Part shown: piece after piece, positions 58,509 through 64,000 of the stretch
Numbering within the stretch: the first letter of the stretch is position 1
How the letters are laid out: every line of letters begins with the position of its first letter
Source: the human T2T-CHM13v2.0 reference genome, Homo sapiens
Direction: 5' to 3' (one strand)
DNA: 64,000 nucleotides
NCBI RefSeq assembly: GCF_009914755.1
Contig: NC_060945.1
Notes under the pieces: generated by a model
The model's input: only the letters and a program-made list of their open reading frames with translations
Databases searched by the model: none
Told to the model about the DNA's origin: nothing
Made by a program: the position numbers and the translations under genes

Positions 58509-58564
58509 TCAGGGACCCCAGATTCTCACACAAAGAAAAGGAAGATGGGAGGGGCAGGGCTGGA

Positions 58565-61305
58565 AGTGAGTGAGGGGGTGAGGAGACGAGGAGGTGAGTG
58601 AGAAGGTGAAGGGGTGAGTGAGGGAGTGAGTGAGGAGTGAGGAGGTGAGGGGGTGAGTGGGTAATTGAAAGGATGAGGGAGTAATTGAGGGGGTGAGGGG
58701 GTAATTGAGGGGGTGAGGGGATAAGTGAGGAGGTGAGGGGGCGAGTGAGGAGGTGAGAGGGGTGAGGGGGTGAGTGGGGGGTGAGGGGGTGAGTGGGGGG
58801 TGAGGGGGTGAGTGGGGGGTGAGGAGGTAAGTGAGGAAGTAAGGGGGTGAGTGAGGGGGTGAGTGAAAAGGTGAGGGGGTGATTGACGAGGTGGGGGGGT
58901 GATTGACGAAGTGAGGGGGTAAGTGAGGGGATGAGCGAGGAGGTGAAAGGGTGAGTGAGGGGGTGAGGACATGAGTGAGGAGGTGAGGGGGTGAGTGAGG
59001 AGGTGAGGGGGTGAGTGAGGAGGTGAGGGGGTGAGTGAGGAGGTGAGGGGGTGAGTGAGGAGGTGAGGGGGTGAGTGAGGAGGTGAGGGGGTGAGTGAGG
59101 AGGTGAGGGGGTGAGTGAGGAGGTGAGGGGGTGAGTGAGGAGGTGAGGGGGTGAGTGAGGAGGTGAGGGGGTGAGTGAGGAGGTGAGGGGGTGAGTGAGG
59201 GGGTGAGGGGGTGAAGGCGTGAGTGAGGGGGTAAGGGGATGAGTGAGGGGGTAAGGGGATGAGTGAGGGGGTGAGGGGGTGAGTGAGGGGGTGAGGGGGT
59301 GAGGGGTGAGTGAGGGGGCGAGGGGGTGAGTGAGGGGGCGAGGGGGTGAGTGAGGAGGTGAGCGGGTGAGTGAGGAGGTGAGGGGGTGAGTGAGGAGGTG
59401 AGGGGGTGAGTGAGGAGGTGAGGGGGTGAGTGAGGAGGTGAGGGGGTGAGTGAGGGGGTGAGGGGGTGAGTGAGGGGGTGAGGGAGTGAGTGAGGGGGTG
59501 GGTGAGGGGTGGGTGAGGTGGTGAGTGAGGGGGTGAGGGGTGAGTAAGGAGGTGAGGGGGTGAGTGAGGGGGTGGGTGAGGGGTGGGTGAGGGGATGAGG
59601 GAGTGATTCAGAGGGTGAAGGGGTGAGTGAGGGAGTGAAGGCATGATTGAGGGGGTGAAGGGGTGAGTGAGGGGGTGACTGAGGGGTGAAGGGGGGAGTG
59701 AGGAGGAGAGTGAGGGGGTGAAGGCATGAGTGAGGGGGTGAATGGGTGAGAGACGGGGTGAGTGAGGGGTGAAGGGATGAATGAGGGGGTAAGTAAGGGG
59801 TTGAGGGGGTGAGGGGGTGAGTGAGGAGGTGAAGGGTGAGTGAGGGCGTGAGGGGGTGAGGGAGTGAGGGATTAGTGAGGGGGTGAGGGGTTGAGTGAGG
59901 AGGTGAGCAGGTGGGTGAGTGGATGAAGGGGTGAGTGAGGGGGTGAGGGGTGAATGAGGGGTTGAGTAGGGGGTGAGTGAGGAGGTGAGGTGGTGAGTGA
60001 GGGGGTGAAGGGTGAGTGAGGGGGTGAGGAGGTGAGTGAGGGGGTGACGGGGTGGGGTGAGGGAGGGATGAGGGGGAGAGTGAGGAGGTGAGGAGGTGAG
60101 TGAGGGTTGAGGGAGTGAGGGGGTGAGTGAGGGGGCGAAGGGGTGAGTGAGGGGGTGAGGGGGTGAAGGCGTGAGTGAGGGGGTAAGGGGATGAGTGAGG
60201 GGGTGAGGGGGCGAGGGGGTGAGTGAGGGGGCGAGGGGGTGAGTGAGGGGGCGAGGGGGTGAGTGAGGAGGTGAGGGGGTGAGTGAGGAGGTGAGGGGGT
60301 GAGTGAGGAGGTGAGGGGGTGAGTGAGGAGGTGAGGGGGTGACTGAGGAGGTGAGGGGGTGAGTGAGGGGGTGAGGGGTGAGTGAGGGGGTGAGGGGGTG
60401 AGTGAGGAGGTGAGCGGGTGAGTGAGGGGGTGAGGGGGTGAGTGAGGAGGTGAGCGGGTGAGTGAGGAGGTGAGGGGGTGAGTGAGGAGGTGAGGGGGTG
60501 AGTGAGGAGGTGAGGGGGTGACTGAGGAGGTGAGGGGGTGAGTGAGGGGGTGAGGGGGTGAGTGAGGGGGTGAGGGAGTGAGTGAGGGGGTGGGTGAGGG
60601 GTGGGTGAGGTGGTGGGTGAGGGGGTGAGGGGTGAGTGAGGGGGGTGAGGGGTGAGTAAGGAGGTGAGGGGGTGAGTGAGGGGGTGGGTGAGGGGTGGGT
60701 GAGGTGGTGGGTGAGGGGGTGAAGGGGTGAGTGAGGGGGTGAGTGAAGGGGTGAGTGAGGGGGTGAGTGAGGGGATGAGGGAGTGATTCAGAGGGTGAAG
60801 GGGTGAGTGAGGGAGTGAAGGCATGATTGGGGGGTGAAGGGGTGAGTGAGGGGGTGACTGAGGGGTGAAGGGGTGAGTGAGGAGGTGAGTGAGGGGGTGA
60901 AGGCATGAGTGAGGGGGTGAATGGGTGAGAGAGGGGGTGAGTGAGGGGTGAAGGGATGAGTGAGGGGGTAAGTAAGGGGTTGAGGGGGTGAGGGGGTGAG
61001 TGAGGAGGTGAAGGTGTGAGTGAGGGCGTGAGGGGGTGAGGGAGTGAGGGATTAGTGAGGGGGTGAGGGGTTGAGTGAGGAGGTGAGCAGGTGGGTGAGT
61101 GGATGAAGGGGTGAGTGAGGGGGTGCAGGGGTGAGTGAGGGGGTGAGGGGTGAATGAGGGGTTGAGTAGGGGGTGAGTGAGGAGGTGAGGAGGTGAGTGA
61201 GGGTTGAGGGAGTGAGGGGGTGACTGAGGGGGCGAGGGGGTGGGTGGTGAATGAGAGGTTGAGGGGGTGAGTAGGGGGTGAGTGAGGGGGTGAGGGGTGA
61301 GTGAG
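58565..61305. repeat. ~2.7-kb G/A-rich complex minisatellite in TMPRSS2 intron 8 (core 20-mer GTGAGTGAGGAGGTGAGGGG and variants)
   Basis: Plus strand nearly devoid of C; pure 20-mer run at ~58970-59195; higher-order duplication. Confidence 0.98.
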
Positions 61306-62121
61306 GTCTGCTGCCTTCCCTGCTTCCTGTGTGTGAGTGTCTTCTCCACCAGGAGATGAGTGCATGGGCAGAGGGCAGGGCGGGTGCCACGCACCCTTGG
61401 GGCTGTGCTGGACCCCCACTCAGGACCTAAAGAAGACCTGAGCCAGCCCTGCCGGGATGGGACGGTGTCAGCTCCTTCCACCTCTTCAAATGAAAAGCTG
61501 AGCTCAGGACCACGGCCCCACGACAGCACTGGGCCATCCCAGAGGAGAGGGACGGTGGCTTCCACATTTGCAAACAGTTTGGAAACTGTAAGCACTCTAA
61601 ACACAGAGATGGGGACACCCAAGTCTAAGCCACCGTCCAAAATTCAGGAGAGAAGAGGCAAGAGCACTGTTGTTCTCTGGTCTTGTCCCTCCTCCCGGGT
61701 CCCACTGGCTGATGAGCACCTGGTGGCCACACCGTGGTGCTGGACCACAGCCCCGCAGATGCTCCAAGTCCACGTTAGGTGGCTGCCAGGGCTCACTAAC
61801 GCCATCCCCCTTTGCTTTCTGGAGAAAGAGACCTGCCGGGCCTCCAGCTCATGGGTGGCATAAAGTGTAGGGCTTTGTCAGCTTCTTGAGCGTGCCTGAT
61901 CTCAGGGGGTGTCCCTTGGACCCAAGGCTGAAGGTGTCTACAGGCCATGGAAATCTAAACCAGGAGCTCCTTGGAAAGAGCGAGACGCCGCTGGGCACAT
62001 TCCAACCCGTGACCCCACCTTCTTCCCTCCCACGCCCCCAGAGACACAGGGAGTACTGTTCTGAAAGTAGAGAGCTTTTCCTAGTTAGAAGTATCAAAAG
62101 GGGGACTCCAGATGAACTTAC

Positions 62122-62165
62122 CTATACAGCGTAAAGAAACCACTGCTTTTGAAGAACAGGCATCA
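62122..62165 (-). CDS. TMPRSS2: TMPRSS2 exon 8 (end of SRCR domain); the gene continues beyond the window
   Basis: DACSSKAVVSLRCI; AG/GT; phase-compatible with exon 9. Confidence 0.95.
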
Positions 62166-64000
62166 CTGCAAAAAGAACGGGAAATTCTGGTCACGATAGT
62201 GCGGAGTCACCTGCCTCTCACATGCTTAGAAATCAGTCATTTCTTCCGATGTTCCCTCTCCTGTCTTCTGAGACATAGAAGGGTCTGCTAGTTACAACTC
62301 CAATAAGGTAAGTAAATCCATATAGGGACAGTGGCAAAGACCAGACACTGAGCCAAGGTACGCGGCTCACATCCCCACAGTGTGACCTTGGGCAAGTTAC
62401 TTAACCTCTCTTAAAATTGTACCAGCTCCTAGGACGGTTGTGAGGGTAAGCATACAATAATGCTAGTTTTGTTTTTCCTCTTGGAATTTAAAATCATCTT
62501 CTAATTTTTAAGGAAGCCATTTGGAAACCTCTGGGCTCCTATAACTGCTTTAAATTTGTAGTGTTGAAAGCAATATAACCAATAGTTTCCCTAGGATTAG
62601 AAGAAACGTAAGAGTTACTCATTTGGGAGTCAAACATCCCAGGTTATGGATGAAGAGGAAGTAACTGATGCATTTTGTCCTGCAGTGAATTTCCCAGGCT
62701 ATGCTGAGAAGGAAAGACGCGGCCCCTGGCATGCAGAGCTGGCCCGCCCCGACAGCTGGGCCGTGTGCTCTGCGGAACCTGAATTATTTCACTGAGCGTC
62801 AATATCGGACTAGGCCCCTCCATGCCTGAGATGGGGCAAGACACAAGGAGCCTCCTCTGAAATGATGTCTGAATAGACAGAACAGGAACCTTGTGCTCAC
62901 AACCACAAAATCACGATCTGATGTCTCCTCCTGTCCTGGCTAACTTGAGCGACGGACGTTTCTTTACCAATCACAGCTTTAGCCTAGCCTCATTCCAACC
63001 TCCTCCTAGAAAAAAAATAATAAAGCAGCCTCACAGAATTACCCCTGCTTCCTGACAGCATCCAATCCAGAGCAAATCTCTGCTTCCTCCAACCACCCCC
63101 AAACCACCTTGCAGGAGCCCAGGCCCTACAATAATAGGTCCTTCCTGACACCTTCTTACTAAGGCACACCCCCCGGGTTCTCAGTGACTACAGGTGCATT
63201 CCAGGTGGACTCTGGCTCTGGGGCACTGACACGGCCAAGTGAAGACATGTCCCCTTTAAGAGAAGACATTTCCTAAGAATCCTAAGGTCGGTAGGGATAG
63301 CCCTGTGTGGTCACAGCGCCAGGGCACATGTGGTTATTCACAGAAGCCCGACAGAAAACAAGCCAAGAACTCAGGCATCAAAGGGCAACTGCTGCACAGA
63401 AAGAGGAAAAGAAGTGCGCCTCCCCCCACCACCACCACCGAGATAGAATAGAGCCTACCAGACAATGGCCTTCTCTTCTTTCTTCCAAGCCCTCCAGCCT
63501 CCTTGTGAGTTCCCAAGGCTCTTGCCAAGGGACGGCAGCACCTCCTCCCCTCCCCCCGTCCCTGCCCGGCTGGACTTGGCTCCCTGATTCCGTGTGTAAC
63601 CCAGAAAGACAAAGAACCACTCAGCATTTACAAAGTGCCCAGGCAGCTGTGTTTAGCTTCTCCACAGGGACAAACCGCAGCCCTGCTGTTCTGATGGGTG
63701 CACCTGGCCGTGCACAGCCCTCCCCACTGGGCTTGCCCTGCCACATTCCCCAGGACAGCAGGCTGCAGTGGAAGTCAGGCCCCCAGACCCCTCCACCAGC
63801 GGCCTCCAGGAATGCAAACCTGCCCCAGGCTCCCACTCAGAGGAAAGGTGGCGCGGGGTGATTAGTTCATCCTCCCCCGAAATGCAGCACCTGGCACCTG
63901 GCAGGCAGGGAGGTGATGCCTAGACACCAGGCATAAGCCCTGGGGACCTGGGAGGCAAGGAGAGCTCATGGGCAAAGGACACTGTGTATCTTTCACATCA

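Noticed and set aside
58509-61640. 1043-aa, 515-aa and 372-aa ORFs as genuine genes
   Set aside because: Several frames are open because the minus strand has almost no G and so few stop codons. The products are low complexity with no domain, and they lie inside an intron.

Overview
Human (primate) genomic DNA. I recognise it as the MX1/TMPRSS2 locus (chr21q22.3) from the encoded proteins. Plus strand: the complete MX1 gene. It has a distal ISRE/CpG promoter (~4.85-5.5 kb), a proximal two-ISRE promoter (~10.8 kb), seven non-coding 5' exons and 13 coding exons. These join in phase to 1989 nt = 662 aa + stop, and the polyA signal is at 43876. Minus strand, convergent: the 3' part of TMPRSS2, with seven exons encoding the end of the SRCR domain, the R-IVGG activation site and the whole protease domain, and a polyA signal at 49261. 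The rest is mostly Alu, L1, MaLR/ERV LTR and DNA-transposon sequence. I found no new protein-coding system. The strongest candidates for undescribed biology are repeat-encoded RNA-processing features. (1) A HERV-K solo LTR whose last base plus the target-site duplication forms the acceptor AG of an MX1 5'UTR exon; that exon's donor lies in MER41, within a run of four ERV LTRs between the two promoters. (2) A 29-bp minisatellite that starts exactly at an MX1 splice donor and copies it. (3) A 2.7-kb strand-asymmetric repeat in TMPRSS2 intron 8 with a ~1.2-kb higher-order duplication. It reads as a 5'-splice-site array on one strand and a YCAY array on the other, and its 1043-codon ORF is separated from the protease frame by one TGA. 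Repeat subfamily names and SNP identities come from memory of consensus sequences and need RepeatMasker/dbSNP confirmation.
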